IMG/VR virus record: IMGVR_UViG_3300032030_002018
DNA length: 64,000 nucleotides
Strand: one strand, 5' to 3'
DNA from: a virus
Lineage: Duplodnaviria > Caudoviricetes
Within the stretch, counting starts at the first letter, position 1, and each line of letters opens with the position of its first letter. The notes under the pieces are model-generated. The model made no database searches. It was not told the DNA's origin and was given only the letters and a program-made list of their open reading frames with translations. Both the position numbers and the translations under genes were made by a program. Positions 1-10,513 of the stretch are shown here, one piece after another.

Positions 1-1722
1 GTTGATGTCTTGTTCGTTAAGATTGTACACGCCTGAATCAATGGCAAAATTAATCATTTTATTCAGAATCTCACTTGTTGTTCCATCTTTCGCAAGGATG
101 CTTCCACTTGCAAGGAATAGAAGAGTGTGAAGTACATTCTCGCCAAACCCTTCTTGAACTGTAGCGTCAAATGTTGGATGCAAAGTAATCTTCTTGAACA
201 AATCAAACATAGTATTTGCTATTGCACCAAATATAGGGTAAGTATTCTTGTATTCCTCATTGACGTTGATTTCAGGCGTATCATCAATAAGTTTAATTGC
301 CTCTTCCTCTTTCTTCTCAATAATATACTTATGAATAAGTAACGATTTATTATTTACTTTAACATCAATAATGGAATTGATATCAAATTGTAGAGTATCC
401 TTACAGAAATCTGCCGCTTCTGTGCCACACAAAATCCTTCCATAGTTTGTAACAAGTCTGTTTACAACCGAACATTTGAAATCATCTTCAATAAGGTGAA
501 ATCCAACGATTGAATTTTCTTCAGTAAAGTCTTTGTCAAAGTCAAATATTAAATACAAATTACCAGTGTCGTTTAATAACTGCTTCATAAAACCACATTT
601 ACATATCGTTTCCATACAATGTGCGTTTCCAGTACTTACAACTAACTTGTTTCCTTCTTCGCTTAATATCTTGACTGGTTTTCCGTCAAAAAATTTCTTC
701 AATGATTCCTTATTCCATTCAAACTTGTCTTTCAAATTTTCTGTGAACAGATTTCCAAGTTTAAAACCAACTCTTTCAAGTGCGTCAAAAATGTTTATTG
801 CTTTTCCGCGATACTTAAACCCACTACCAATCATATTCATATTCTTGGTGCTATGAGCATTTGTAATACCAACACCGTCTTCAACTGTAAAACCAATATG
901 AGCCAATTCATCTGTTTCCGGCTTATTGAAGTTGAACAAGAAATATTGTGTTCTGTTGTCGTATGAAGTAACGTAAGAGTTAAAATACTGGTTTTCCCTT
1001 GTCAAACACCATCCAGTTCTACCCCCACCACACAGCTTATGACTTGACTTGAAGGATGGTACTTTTAGAACCAAGACATTGTTATTATCAAAGATAATAG
1101 AACAATCCTTTGCGTTCTTCTTAATGAATTCCATTGCTTCATCTTTGTTCCAAGCGTATGTCGGTTTAATTGCTTGCTCTACAGCAGCCAAAATGTCCTT
1201 GGCATTATCAAATGCTGAAGACAGACTGATAAATTTACCCTGACGGTCAGCAGGCAATTTTGACAACCCATTGAAAAGTTTGTACCAATTTTTAAATTCG
1301 CCATTATTATTCAGTGAAAGTGTTCCAAGAGATGAAACTGGTTCAAACAATTCCAAAAGCATATTCTTCTGCTTTGTGTTGAACTTCCTAATCATTTTCT
1401 TGACGATGTTGAGCTTGTTAATCGTGTTTGTTTCATCTTCCAACAAAGAGAAATCTTCCGCATTTTTATATGCAACTATGTTTTGTTTTGAAAGGTCTTT
1501 GATGAATTCCCTATTGTTGTTAATCCATCTTGAAATTTTCGCAACACGATGAGGAACAATGCCTTGTACAAGCATCATAACAGCTGCCCAAACCTGATAA
1601 TTTGGCTTATTGTTCAAAATATCCATCACCGATAAGAAGTACTTATTATCTTCAAATGATGGAGTCAACCCAGCATTGGTCACAATTTGTGAAATCTGTT
1701 TTTTTGGATAATTTACTGACAT
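1..1722 (-). CDS. Partial ORF (runs off left edge, missing from ORF track); paralog of 1802..4123 with duplicated WC-containing (PcfJ-like?) domain and C-terminal ankyrin-like repeats
   Basis: Hand translation from ATG at 1722: MSVNYPKKQISQ...FNTKQKNML...YAWNKDEAMEFI...TGWCLTRENQYFNSYV...QYFLFNFNKPETDELAHIGFTVEDGVGITNAH...VQEGFGENVLHTL...YNLNEQDIN, open to position 1. Upstream TATATTTG at 1751-1758. Confidence 0.8.
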   Translation of the reverse strand, partial: MSVNYPKKQISQIVTNAGLTPSFEDNKYFLSVMDILNNKPNYQVWAAVMMLVQGIVPHRVAKISRWINNNREFIKDLSKQNIVAYKNAEDFSLLEDETNTINKLNIVKKMIRKFNTKQKNMLLELFEPVSSLGTLSLNNNGEFKNWYKLFNGLSKLPADRQGKFISLSSAFDNAKDILAAVEQAIKPTYAWNKDEAMEFIKKNAKDCSIIFDNNNVLVLKVPSFKSSHKLCGGGRTGWCLTRENQYFNSYVTSYDNRTQYFLFNFNKPETDELAHIGFTVEDGVGITNAHSTKNMNMIGSGFKYRGKAINIFDALERVGFKLGNLFTENLKDKFEWNKESLKKFFDGKPVKILSEEGNKLVVSTGNAHCMETICKCGFMKQLLNDTGNLYLIFDFDKDFTEENSIVGFHLIEDDFKCSVVNRLVTNYGRILCGTEAADFCKDTLQFDINSIIDVKVNNKSLLIHKYIIEKKEEEAIKLIDDTPEINVNEEYKNTYPIFGAIANTMFDLFKKITLHPTFDATVQEGFGENVLHTLLFLASGSILAKDGTTSEILNKMINFAIDSGVYNLNEQDIN

Positions 1723-1801
1723 TTTATCTTTATTTTTTTATTTAACAATGCAAATATATACGCAATATTCAAAAAACAAAAATATTAAAAGTTAAATGAT
1801 G

Positions 1802-4123
1802 TTAACAAGATGAAGATGATGTGGATGGACTGAATTTTGCTAATAAACGGATTCTTTCGTCTTTTAGTAAATGAGGGTAATTACACAATAATAGCAAACA
1901 CTCCTGTACGACGTTATTGGTATAATCATCTTTTTTAGCCTTGTTTAGAATCTTACTCAACAAATATTCAAACATACATTGTCTTGGTCTACCTATATAA
2001 GAAGAGAAATTATTCACCAATCCTTCAAATACGGAAAGATTATTCTCATTGTTCAATATTGTTTCTGTTATAATATAAAGTGCGACTTTATATGCGTTAT
2101 CAATGGAAAGAGTTCCGTTATTGAAATCTGTGAGTTCTTCATCACAAGGAATTCTATTTGTCATACCAAAAAACCTATTAACCACCTCACATATCAAAGA
2201 CCTTACAATCTGCTTATTGACGAATATATCATATAATGTAATTCCGTGCTTATATAACACATTAAGCATATCAATTGAAATGACGTTTGTGATTTCTGTA
2301 ATCAAAGCGTCGTATATTCTATCGTCGTTTCTTCCATTTTGCTGAACAACATACTTTATGAAATCGTCTTTTATGCTTTCATTAGATAGCATTTTATCAA
2401 CCATAATATGGTTATGACTGCACATATAATCAATAACGCGTTTTCCATTGTTGCAAATTCTACAAATTACATCGTAAGACAACCCATACTCCTCCAACAA
2501 AGTATCAAAATAAGAACTACTTTCTGTGTGGAAAAACTCATTACATACCAGCATTGGCATTTCCTCAAATCCGTCTTTTTCAATAAATGCAATGAATAAA
2601 CGCTTTGATTTTTCATCTTTTTTATTGAAATCAGCAAACATTATAACACTGCAATTATCAAAATATTCATCAAAATGATTAGAATATCTCTCTCCAAAGA
2701 TATATTCCATAACGCCACCATTAATACGAACAACTAATTTGTTATCAGCATCCTTTATCGTCACGAAATCACATTGTTTACTTATGAACGACAACATACT
2801 TTCACGATTAAACTCAAAAGGAAGAACATCTACTTTCACAATTGAAGAAATATCAATATCATACTTCTTTATTATGTCGCTTATTGATACACTGCCATTG
2901 TATTTATTAATCAACGACACAATCGTGCCGACAGAGTTGTTTCTTTCCATAAGATTCTTATTGAAGAAATTATGCGCGTGTGTTATTCCGTGCGAACTGT
3001 CAATAGTGAACCCTATGATAGAATCAGCATCATTCTCGTTTTTGCTGAAATCAAATATTACAAACTGTCTTGCATCAGGGTTGTTTTCAACATAATCATT
3101 CCAATATTTCTTATTCTTTGAAATACACCAGTTTGTTGACTTTGTTAACCTCTTGATAGCCTCATAGTTCAAAATCTCAACAACAACGAACATCTTAGAC
3201 TCTTTGACTATATTATATGCAAGAGATTCAACGTTATTAAGATAATCAAGAAAAGATTCCTTGTTCCATCTAAAATGCACAACAACCAAATGTTTCATCG
3301 CGTCCATAATCTCGTTATAATCCTCAACCGTGGACATTTTTCTGACAAAGTTAACACATTTCTTCATATTGAGAAGACTGAACTTGTTTAGCGTATCAAT
3401 ATCCTCATCACTTTTGTCAGATGTTTTCAAAATCTTTTTTTGCGCAGTGTTGAATAAATTAATTGAATCATTAACTCTCTTATATTTTCTGATAACACGC
3501 ATTTCGTCAATAAGTTCGTTGACATCAGAATAAGCTGTGATAGTTTTCTTTGGCAAATTACTTGACAAACTTCCATATTTCTCATTCCACATCATAACCT
3601 GACGTATTGTCCATACTGATACCCTTCTACTGAATATCTGATTCAATGCCCACACAAAGAAATTCGGTGATTCATTTGTAATAGCGTAAATGAATTGGCA
3701 CAATGGTTGCTTTATGTCCAGCCTATATTTATTTGAAACTGGGGTAATAATCTTCTTATTTGAGTTAATGAAATTGTCTAATTTCTGAGATATGTCATCA
3801 TATATGCCATATACATAACTGAAAAACCTATTATATGAATCTTTAGTTTTTGGACATTCAATTTCATATAAACAAAATTGACCGTATTTATCAAGAAGGG
3901 TCGTGTCAATAATGCTTTTTAATGACATTAATCTCTTGTTCCATACTTCATCCGAAAAATATCTGTTATAAATAATAAGGTATTTGCAACCTTCTTTCTC
4001 CACGGTTACAGCATATCCATCATATATTGCAGAATCCTGTGAGGTGGAAAACAAAATATGCATAGGTTTTGCTTGCGCCAATTTGTATAATTGCCTATAA
4101 GTTCTTATGTGCTGTAATAACAT
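1802..4123 (-). CDS. Large phage protein with duplicated WC-containing (PcfJ-like?) domain
   Basis: 773 aa ORF; TNWCISKNKKYWNDYV...QFVIFDFSK...IIGFTI...GITHAH aligns with the neighbouring partial ORF. Confidence 0.65.
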   Translation of the reverse strand: MLLQHIRTYRQLYKLAQAKPMHILFSTSQDSAIYDGYAVTVEKEGCKYLIIYNRYFSDEVWNKRLMSLKSIIDTTLLDKYGQFCLYEIECPKTKDSYNRFFSYVYGIYDDISQKLDNFINSNKKIITPVSNKYRLDIKQPLCQFIYAITNESPNFFVWALNQIFSRRVSVWTIRQVMMWNEKYGSLSSNLPKKTITAYSDVNELIDEMRVIRKYKRVNDSINLFNTAQKKILKTSDKSDEDIDTLNKFSLLNMKKCVNFVRKMSTVEDYNEIMDAMKHLVVVHFRWNKESFLDYLNNVESLAYNIVKESKMFVVVEILNYEAIKRLTKSTNWCISKNKKYWNDYVENNPDARQFVIFDFSKNENDADSIIGFTIDSSHGITHAHNFFNKNLMERNNSVGTIVSLINKYNGSVSISDIIKKYDIDISSIVKVDVLPFEFNRESMLSFISKQCDFVTIKDADNKLVVRINGGVMEYIFGERYSNHFDEYFDNCSVIMFADFNKKDEKSKRLFIAFIEKDGFEEMPMLVCNEFFHTESSSYFDTLLEEYGLSYDVICRICNNGKRVIDYMCSHNHIMVDKMLSNESIKDDFIKYVVQQNGRNDDRIYDALITEITNVISIDMLNVLYKHGITLYDIFVNKQIVRSLICEVVNRFFGMTNRIPCDEELTDFNNGTLSIDNAYKVALYIITETILNNENNLSVFEGLVNNFSSYIGRPRQCMFEYLLSKILNKAKKDDYTNNVVQECLLLLCNYPHLLKDERIRLLAKFSPSTSSSSC

Positions 4124-4126
4124 ATC

Positions 4127-5359
4127 TTAAAATTTAATTTCTGTTTCAAAAATGCTCTTGAAATTCTTGTCGTAGTCAATACCCATCATTTCACATTTAG
4201 CCTTTATCTCATCGGCAATGTTACTAATCCTCTTTTCATATACTGATACAATATACATCAATGTTTCATTGTTGCTACCATCAGACTTTGCTGACTTCGA
4301 TGTATTACTTAAGTTACTGTTAGTGGTTGACGAGTTTATATTTGCGCTATAATTATAGTAATTATAACTTGAATATCTGTTGTCATCCCCTAATGTGGCT
4401 AAATACTTGTCATCATCATTTTCATTACTGTGATATACACCATTCTCATCTTTCACCCAAGAAGTACCAGTAGATTTTATCTCGTGTCGTGTCCTTCCAA
4501 TTGTCTCAACAAGTTCAAGACCCATACCAAGAGCATTGTCAGTTTCCTCTGCAACAATATACTCTGACGATTGGTTATGTGCCTCATATCCTCCATTGCA
4601 GAAATTCATACACATAATGCCAGCCTTTTCAACAATATGTTTGACATCAGTATAAGGTTCTGAATAAAAACGAGTATAGCCAAATTTATCACATACAGGC
4701 TTCATATAAGTCTTATAGAAATCACCTGTGAACAATTTTGTACCACTACACTTCCAAGCAGAACGATTGTAATCAGGAGAGTCAAAACCAACAACATATC
4801 CAACATTATCAAAGAATGACTTGTTCAGGTTTGAACTACCCTTCATACCAACCTCCTCTTCAAGGAAGAACGCACCTTTTATCACATCAATCTTGTCAAT
4901 CATTGCCAACGATATGAATATAGCACCCTTATCATCAGCACCAATACCAATACCATCAACGTATAGTTCGTGCTTATTCTCCTTATTTAGCCTTGTTCTA
5001 ACATCCAAGTCAGCACCCGCCAATATAAAGGCTTTGTGCTTGTCCTGAACAGTGTCCAAATGCGCAGTCACACAAGGATAATACTCGCCCTCTTTCAGTT
5101 CACCTTTGGTGAAATACAGGTTTCCGTAATTATCAAACTCATACTGAACATTGTGCTTCCTTGCCCACATTACAAGATAAGTCACCATACGATACTCATA
5201 TCCGCTCAAAGAAGGAACGGACATAACCTCATACAACATCTTCTTGTCAGCATATTTGAGTCCGAAATCATCGTTCCTCAATTCAGCCTCAGTCTTTTCA
5301 ATTACAAGTTCTCCCGTCTCAGTATCAACTTGCTCTTTCTGATTCAATTGTACTACCAT
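4127..5359 (-). CDS. M28/M20-like zinc metallopeptidase/hydrolase
   Basis: AHLDTV, GIGADDKGA, EEEVG..GS and late H (EAHN) metal-ligand pattern. Confidence 0.8.
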   Translation of the reverse strand: MVVQLNQKEQVDTETGELVIEKTEAELRNDDFGLKYADKKMLYEVMSVPSLSGYEYRMVTYLVMWARKHNVQYEFDNYGNLYFTKGELKEGEYYPCVTAHLDTVQDKHKAFILAGADLDVRTRLNKENKHELYVDGIGIGADDKGAIFISLAMIDKIDVIKGAFFLEEEVGMKGSSNLNKSFFDNVGYVVGFDSPDYNRSAWKCSGTKLFTGDFYKTYMKPVCDKFGYTRFYSEPYTDVKHIVEKAGIMCMNFCNGGYEAHNQSSEYIVAEETDNALGMGLELVETIGRTRHEIKSTGTSWVKDENGVYHSNENDDDKYLATLGDDNRYSSYNYYNYSANINSSTTNSNLSNTSKSAKSDGSNNETLMYIVSVYEKRISNIADEIKAKCEMMGIDYDKNFKSIFETEIKF

Positions 5360-5468
5360 TTAATATTATTACTTTAATTTTTTTGTTCTTTTTGTGGCAA
5401 ATATATATGCAAAAAAAATAAAAACAAAACGATTTAATAATTTTTAACACAAAAAATTGGAAGCCTAA

Positions 5469-5762
5469 TCAGCAATGATTGACTATTAAGCTTCCAAGAA
5501 TAATCCTATTTTCTTCAATATCAGATAATAACGATATTTTACGAATGTTATCATCATATATGTGACTGTACATTGTCTCACTTATATCATCACTATTATG
5601 CAAATCTGAAAATGATAATACCTCATTATTATCTGAACCAATAAAAGACACCGTAAAATCTTTACAATCACCAATTTTCTTTAAGTTATTGGCAATCCAA
5701 GACTCTGATAATGCCTTTAAATTATACATTATCTCTTCTTTACTTGCACTCATACTAATCAA
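5469..5762 (-). CDS. Hypothetical protein
   Basis: 97 aa ORF overlapping the stop of the upstream OmpA-domain gene. Confidence 0.55.
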   Translation of the reverse strand: MISMSASKEEIMYNLKALSESWIANNLKKIGDCKDFTVSFIGSDNNEVLSFSDLHNSDDISETMYSHIYDDNIRKISLLSDIEENRIILGSLIVNHC

Positions 5763-6490
5763 TACTTTACCATCTCAATGATTACACATCTGTTGAAATT
5801 GTTTACAGAATACCTCTGTGAATTAGAACCATTGGCAATAATCTCTATCTTTGTAGGACTTATACCATATTCATTTACAAGTTTGTTGTAAACTGTAATA
5901 CATCTGTTCTTAGACAAATTCATATTCAATACTGGATTTCCAGTTTGAGCATCAGCATATCCATACAATGTTATCTTTGAATTTGGATAACGGTACACAT
6001 AATCCCTCACATTCATAAGATTCGTATGAGCATCATTATTTGTTATAATACTGTATGAATTCCTTTCAAAGTTTATAGTCCAAGCTGTATATACAGGACT
6101 TTGTTGCACATACATATCATCCTCAATAACCTCCCTCTCGTCCTCTCTGACAATATAATTGTAATTGTTCGTTACATTCTTTTCAACAACAACAGGATAC
6201 TCCGTTTCATATTTAACTGAAATCGAAGGAACTACAACTATACCACCATAAGGAACATAATTTCTGCTAATTAAAACCTCACCTTGGTAATAATAAGGAT
6301 AATGCCTGGTTATTACATTAGCACCATATCCAACTGGTCTGTAAACTGGTCTTGGTCGTACATCTCTACGAGTTGCCACAACTCGTCTGTGACTAACAAC
6401 TCTACCTCCACCACCACTTCCATAACGATATTGTCCGAAAGAAGATAAAGAGATAAGTAAAAAAGTAATTAAAAACAATAATTTTCTCAT
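5759..6490 (-). CDS. Secreted protein with C-terminal OmpA-like peptidoglycan-binding domain
   Basis: Signal peptide MRKLLFLITFLLISLSSFG; INFERNS...GYADAQTGNPVLNMNLSKNRC...NRCV (Bacteroidales-style OmpA_C). Confidence 0.85.
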   Translation of the reverse strand: MRKLLFLITFLLISLSSFGQYRYGSGGGGRVVSHRRVVATRRDVRPRPVYRPVGYGANVITRHYPYYYQGEVLISRNYVPYGGIVVVPSISVKYETEYPVVVEKNVTNNYNYIVREDEREVIEDDMYVQQSPVYTAWTINFERNSYSIITNNDAHTNLMNVRDYVYRYPNSKITLYGYADAQTGNPVLNMNLSKNRCITVYNKLVNEYGISPTKIEIIANGSNSQRYSVNNFNRCVIIEMVKY

Positions 6491-6625
6491 AATACTACAA
6501 TTTTAATTAATAATTTATGCTCCAAATATATATCTTTTACTTAAATAATACAAATATATCTATATATTTTTTTGTATTTTTAAAATATTATATATATATT
6601 TAACCAAATTTTATATATAAATATA

Positions 6626-8296
6626 ATGGAATATAATTGGTCAAAATATCAAAGGGACATATTTGATTTCGTTGAACACGGTGTTGGTAACTGTGTTGTC
6701 GAAGCTTGCGCTGGGAGCGGAAAAAGTACGACAATGATAAAATGTATAGATTTAATCCCAAAAGGTCACACAGTGCTTCTCACAGCCTTTAATAAGGATA
6801 TTGTTGACGCATTGTCCTCAAAGTTGGAGAGAAAGGATAACGTCAGAACTATGACAATACATAGCATAGGACTTAAAATGCTAATCAATAACCTTAAAGA
6901 CTCAAAACTCAAATTGGACGAATTCAAATATCGCACATATATCAATTCAAATATATCTGACATATCAGAAACATATAATAATTACAATCAACGCAATAAA
7001 GATAAGTATATAAAGAACATCAATAAATTCGTGGATTTCGGAAGACTATACCTATGTCAAACAGTAAAAGACCTATCTATGATTGAAAACAGATATGGAA
7101 TACAAGTTCTTTCAGACGAAAAAGATATTGCTGTAGATGTAATGAAGTGGGGTAAGAACAACACGGACATTATAGATTATACAGATATGATATGGCTTCC
7201 AAATGTGCTGTATTTGCAACCCTGGGGATTCAGGTTTGACTGGGTTATGGTTGACGAATGCCAAGACCTCAACAGAGCGCAAAGGGAACTTATTCTAAAA
7301 TGCAATAAGATTAACACAAGAATACTCGCATTCGGAGATGAGAAACAGTGCATATACTCATTCTCAGGTTCTGACCCTGAATCATTCAATGAACTCAGGA
7401 AAATGCCAAACACTATAACCCTTCCATTGTCAATAACATATAGATGCGCTGACAAGATTGTCGAACTTGCAAGAACTATAACTGATGTAATAGAGCCAAA
7501 TGACTTCGGTAATAAAGGTATAATACTATACGATACCAAATTGGAAGACATTGAGAATGGAGATATGGTATTGTGCAGAAATAACTCACCATTAGTACAA
7601 GCTTATTCATACCTTGTTAATTCAGGTAAGAAATGCTTTATAAGAGGTCGTGATTTCGGTATTGAACTGATAAGCATAATAAAATCAACCAAATGTGATT
7701 ATATCAACAAAGACTTGTCATCTGACGGTGTAATACCAAGATTATACGCAGACTTAATAGAATCAATCAATACATTAAAAGAAAAGTCAAACATAACTGA
7801 TGATGAGGCTCTTGACTCTGAATATATATTAAATAAGGTTGACATTATCAAAATAATTGAGATATTGTCAACAGATTTGAACAGTGCTGAAGAACTCATA
7901 AATAAGATTGACAGCATTTTCTCTGATAAATGGACTGATGGCATTATGCTTTCAACAATACATAAGGCAAAAGGACTTGAATCAAAGAACGTGCATATAC
8001 TTTGCAGGTCATTGATGCCATCAAAAAACGCAACAGAAGAATGGGAGAAAGAACAAGAAATGAACCTAATGTACGTCGCTTATACCAGAGCAATAAACAA
8101 GCTTTGCTTTGTTAAGGAAAACGGATTCCAAAATATATTCAACACGGAAAAAATCAGCCCTTTGAAAATAAGAACAATTGAACAAATAATCAATAAGATA
8201 ATTATAAACGAAAATAACACCAATGATAACAATACAGTACAAACAACTGTTAAAACATTGGTAAAACCAAAAGTGAATATAAAAATATTAAAATAA
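6626..8296 (+). CDS. UvrD/Rep-like SF1 helicase
   Basis: ACAGSGKST, VDECQD, GDEKQCIYSF, TYRC, STIHKAKGLE, YVAYTRA. Confidence 0.95.
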   Translation: MEYNWSKYQRDIFDFVEHGVGNCVVEACAGSGKSTTMIKCIDLIPKGHTVLLTAFNKDIVDALSSKLERKDNVRTMTIHSIGLKMLINNLKDSKLKLDEFKYRTYINSNISDISETYNNYNQRNKDKYIKNINKFVDFGRLYLCQTVKDLSMIENRYGIQVLSDEKDIAVDVMKWGKNNTDIIDYTDMIWLPNVLYLQPWGFRFDWVMVDECQDLNRAQRELILKCNKINTRILAFGDEKQCIYSFSGSDPESFNELRKMPNTITLPLSITYRCADKIVELARTITDVIEPNDFGNKGIILYDTKLEDIENGDMVLCRNNSPLVQAYSYLVNSGKKCFIRGRDFGIELISIIKSTKCDYINKDLSSDGVIPRLYADLIESINTLKEKSNITDDEALDSEYILNKVDIIKIIEILSTDLNSAEELINKIDSIFSDKWTDGIMLSTIHKAKGLESKNVHILCRSLMPSKNATEEWEKEQEMNLMYVAYTRAINKLCFVKENGFQNIFNTEKISPLKIRTIEQIINKIIINENNTNDNNTVQTTVKTLVKPKVNIKILK

Positions 8297-8305
8297 AATA
8301 ATATA

Positions 8306-8599
8306 ATGAGTAAATTAAAAACTGTAATTGACACATATTCAGATAGTTATTATATGTGTAAAGTGTATGGTAAAACATTCGATAATGTGAGTAATATGGA
8401 ATGTTATTCAAATATAGAATTCAGAAAAGTAAATCTCTCTGATGAAGAGAATTGGGATTTAATTGAACAATACGGAATAAGAAAGGTTCCTTCAACATTG
8501 TTCTTGGATAATAACGGAGTCTTATTGATAATACTTTCAGGTTTACAAACAGAAGATAAATTGATTGAAACAATTAATACATTGATTGATAATGAGTAA
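8306..8599 (+). CDS. Thioredoxin-fold protein, degenerate active site (YxxC)
   Basis: DTYSDSYYMCK at the WCxxCK position; YGIRKVPSTLF cis-Pro motif. Confidence 0.7.
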   Translation: MSKLKTVIDTYSDSYYMCKVYGKTFDNVSNMECYSNIEFRKVNLSDEENWDLIEQYGIRKVPSTLFLDNNGVLLIILSGLQTEDKLIETINTLIDNE

Positions 8600-9455
8600 C
8601 AATATAATATCATTAGCTGGTAGATTGCGTAGCGGAAAGGGTGAACTGTCAAAGATATTGGAGAGAAAAGGATATGAGCCAATATATTTTGCAATTCCAC
8701 TAAAGAAAATGTGTGGAGAATTACTTGGTGTTGATTTTGAAACACTTGAAAGGATGAAGAACAACAATGAGCATATTGATTTTGAATTCACCAAAGACGA
8801 TTGCAAATATATATCAGAAAAGACTGAAATACCTGAGGAATATATCTGTGAGAAACTATATGGCTCAAATGTTGATAATGTTCGTGGTATGTTACAATAT
8901 GTAGGTACAAATGTCATAAGGGAATATAATCCTGATTGGCACGTCAATGAGATTAAAAAAATGATAGACCCTAATAAGAAATATGTCTTCAATGACACAA
9001 GGTTTCCAAATGAAACCAAGATGGTTGAGGATATGGGTGGAGATAACTGGTTTATTGTAAGACCTTACATTAAGGAATTGTCACACCATATATCAGAAGA
9101 ATCGCTTAAATGGCAAATGTTTGGATATAACACAATACTTAGCGAGAAACTTGAAGAACTGTCAGAACAATGGGATATGTTCACAGATAATTATGAAGAG
9201 AATAAAAAACTTAGGAATAAAAGAATTGAAGAACTGAAATCAAATCCAACAGATATAAGTGACGGCATTATGGGTGATGATTGGAAATTGTTGATAAACA
9301 GATATATGTTTGAATACAAACCAATTGAGTTTAATAAGAACAATATTGAATCATATGCTTGTGAAAATGATGTATTATCAATATTGAATAAATACGGAAG
9401 TATTGAAATTATTGATAATCCATATAATATTGAGGATTTTAAAATATTTGCATAG
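8586..9455 (+). CDS. Deoxynucleoside monophosphate kinase (T4 gp1-like)
   Basis: GRLRSGKG P-loop, FAIPLK, RGMLQYVGT, DTRFPNE, HISE. Confidence 0.88.
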   Translation: MIMSNNIISLAGRLRSGKGELSKILERKGYEPIYFAIPLKKMCGELLGVDFETLERMKNNNEHIDFEFTKDDCKYISEKTEIPEEYICEKLYGSNVDNVRGMLQYVGTNVIREYNPDWHVNEIKKMIDPNKKYVFNDTRFPNETKMVEDMGGDNWFIVRPYIKELSHHISEESLKWQMFGYNTILSEKLEELSEQWDMFTDNYEENKKLRNKRIEELKSNPTDISDGIMGDDWKLLINRYMFEYKPIEFNKNNIESYACENDVLSILNKYGSIEIIDNPYNIEDFKIFA

Positions 9456-9460
9456 ATATT

Positions 9461-9498
9461 AAAAAAGCGTGACATTGTATTTTTGCCACGCTTTTTTT
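9461..9498. terminator. Bidirectional intrinsic terminator
   Basis: AAAAAAGCGTG...CACGCTTTTTT between convergent genes. Confidence 0.8.
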
Positions 9499-9516
9499 AT
9501 TTGAATATTCTAAAAT

Positions 9517-10500
9517 CTAACTTATAGATAATATATCACTTGCATAATCGCTCCAACTCGTTGCAGACTTATAAGTCTCAACACTTTCTGACGGAACATA
9601 AAACTTTCTGCCAGAAGCATTATTATTAAATACTACATTACCTAATGATGGAGGTGTCGTGGCATAAATTGTTACGATTGTAAGACTAGTGCAATAAGTG
9701 AATGCAGAAGATGCAATACTTGTAACACTGTTTCCAATTGTTACACTTGTAAGACTACTACAACCACCGAATGCCCAACTTCCAATACTTGTAACGCTAT
9801 CAGGTATGTTTATACTTGTAAGACCTTTACAATTACGGAATGACTCCGTTCCAATAGTTGTAACACCATTTCCAATTGTTACACTTGTAAGGCCACTACA
9901 ATTATAGAATGTTTGGCTACCAATACTTGTAACACCAGTTGGTATTGTTACGCTTGTAAGACTAGCACAATAAGTGAATGCATAATCTCCGATACTTGTA
10001 ACACCAGTTCCAATTGTTACACTTGTAAGGCCACTACAATCTTGGAATGCACTTGTACCAATACTTGTAACACTATCAGGTATATTTATACTTGTAAGGC
10101 CACTACAACTTGAGAATGCACTTGTACCAATACTTGTAACACTATTTGGAATTTCGACTTTAGTTACTGTACTTGCAGAATAAAAAGCATATGTACCTAC
10201 AGTTGTAACATCATCTGCAAACGTTATTGTTCCAACACCATCCTCAAAGTCGTGCGAAGATATTGTTGTATTGAATGCATTAGTGTGCAATCCACCGGTT
10301 TTCGTCGATGTGGTTTCTGTTAGTTTAGCTGGGGCATAGTACATTATAACATTTGTTGGAACAACAGGCTCATCACCCTTTTTATTGAAATGTACTTCGT
10401 TTTCTGTTTCGCAGAGGCTCACGTTAGGTAGCACAGCTGTATCACCTGTTATATAGGACTCATAGTCCGTGTGGTTCAAGAATTTCTTTAAGTATATCAT
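9517..10500 (-). CDS. BspA-type leucine-rich repeat (LRR_5) protein, copy 1
   Basis: About 7-8 repeats of 23 aa, TSIGxxAFxxCxxLTS(I/V)xIxxxV; C-cap ATTPP...FYVPSESVETYKSA..W. Confidence 0.93.
   Translation of the reverse strand: MIYLKKFLNHTDYESYITGDTAVLPNVSLCETENEVHFNKKGDEPVVPTNVIMYYAPAKLTETTSTKTGGLHTNAFNTTISSHDFEDGVGTITFADDVTTVGTYAFYSASTVTKVEIPNSVTSIGTSAFSSCSGLTSINIPDSVTSIGTSAFQDCSGLTSVTIGTGVTSIGDYAFTYCASLTSVTIPTGVTSIGSQTFYNCSGLTSVTIGNGVTTIGTESFRNCKGLTSINIPDSVTSIGSWAFGGCSSLTSVTIGNSVTSIASSAFTYCTSLTIVTIYATTPPSLGNVVFNNNASGRKFYVPSESVETYKSATSWSDYASDILSIS
9700..10140 (-). repeat. 69-bp tandem repeat array encoding BspA LRRs (copy 1)
   Basis: (C)CAATACTTGTAAC recurs at ~69-bp spacing (~9715, 9782, 9851, 9920, 9990, 10058, 10127). 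Confidence 0.85.
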
Positions 10501-10513
10501 ATATATAATTTTT

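Noticed and set aside
127-1552. Short plus-strand ORFs here, and similar antisense ORFs throughout the track
   Set aside because: They are shadows on the opposite strand or in alternative frames of well-supported genes.
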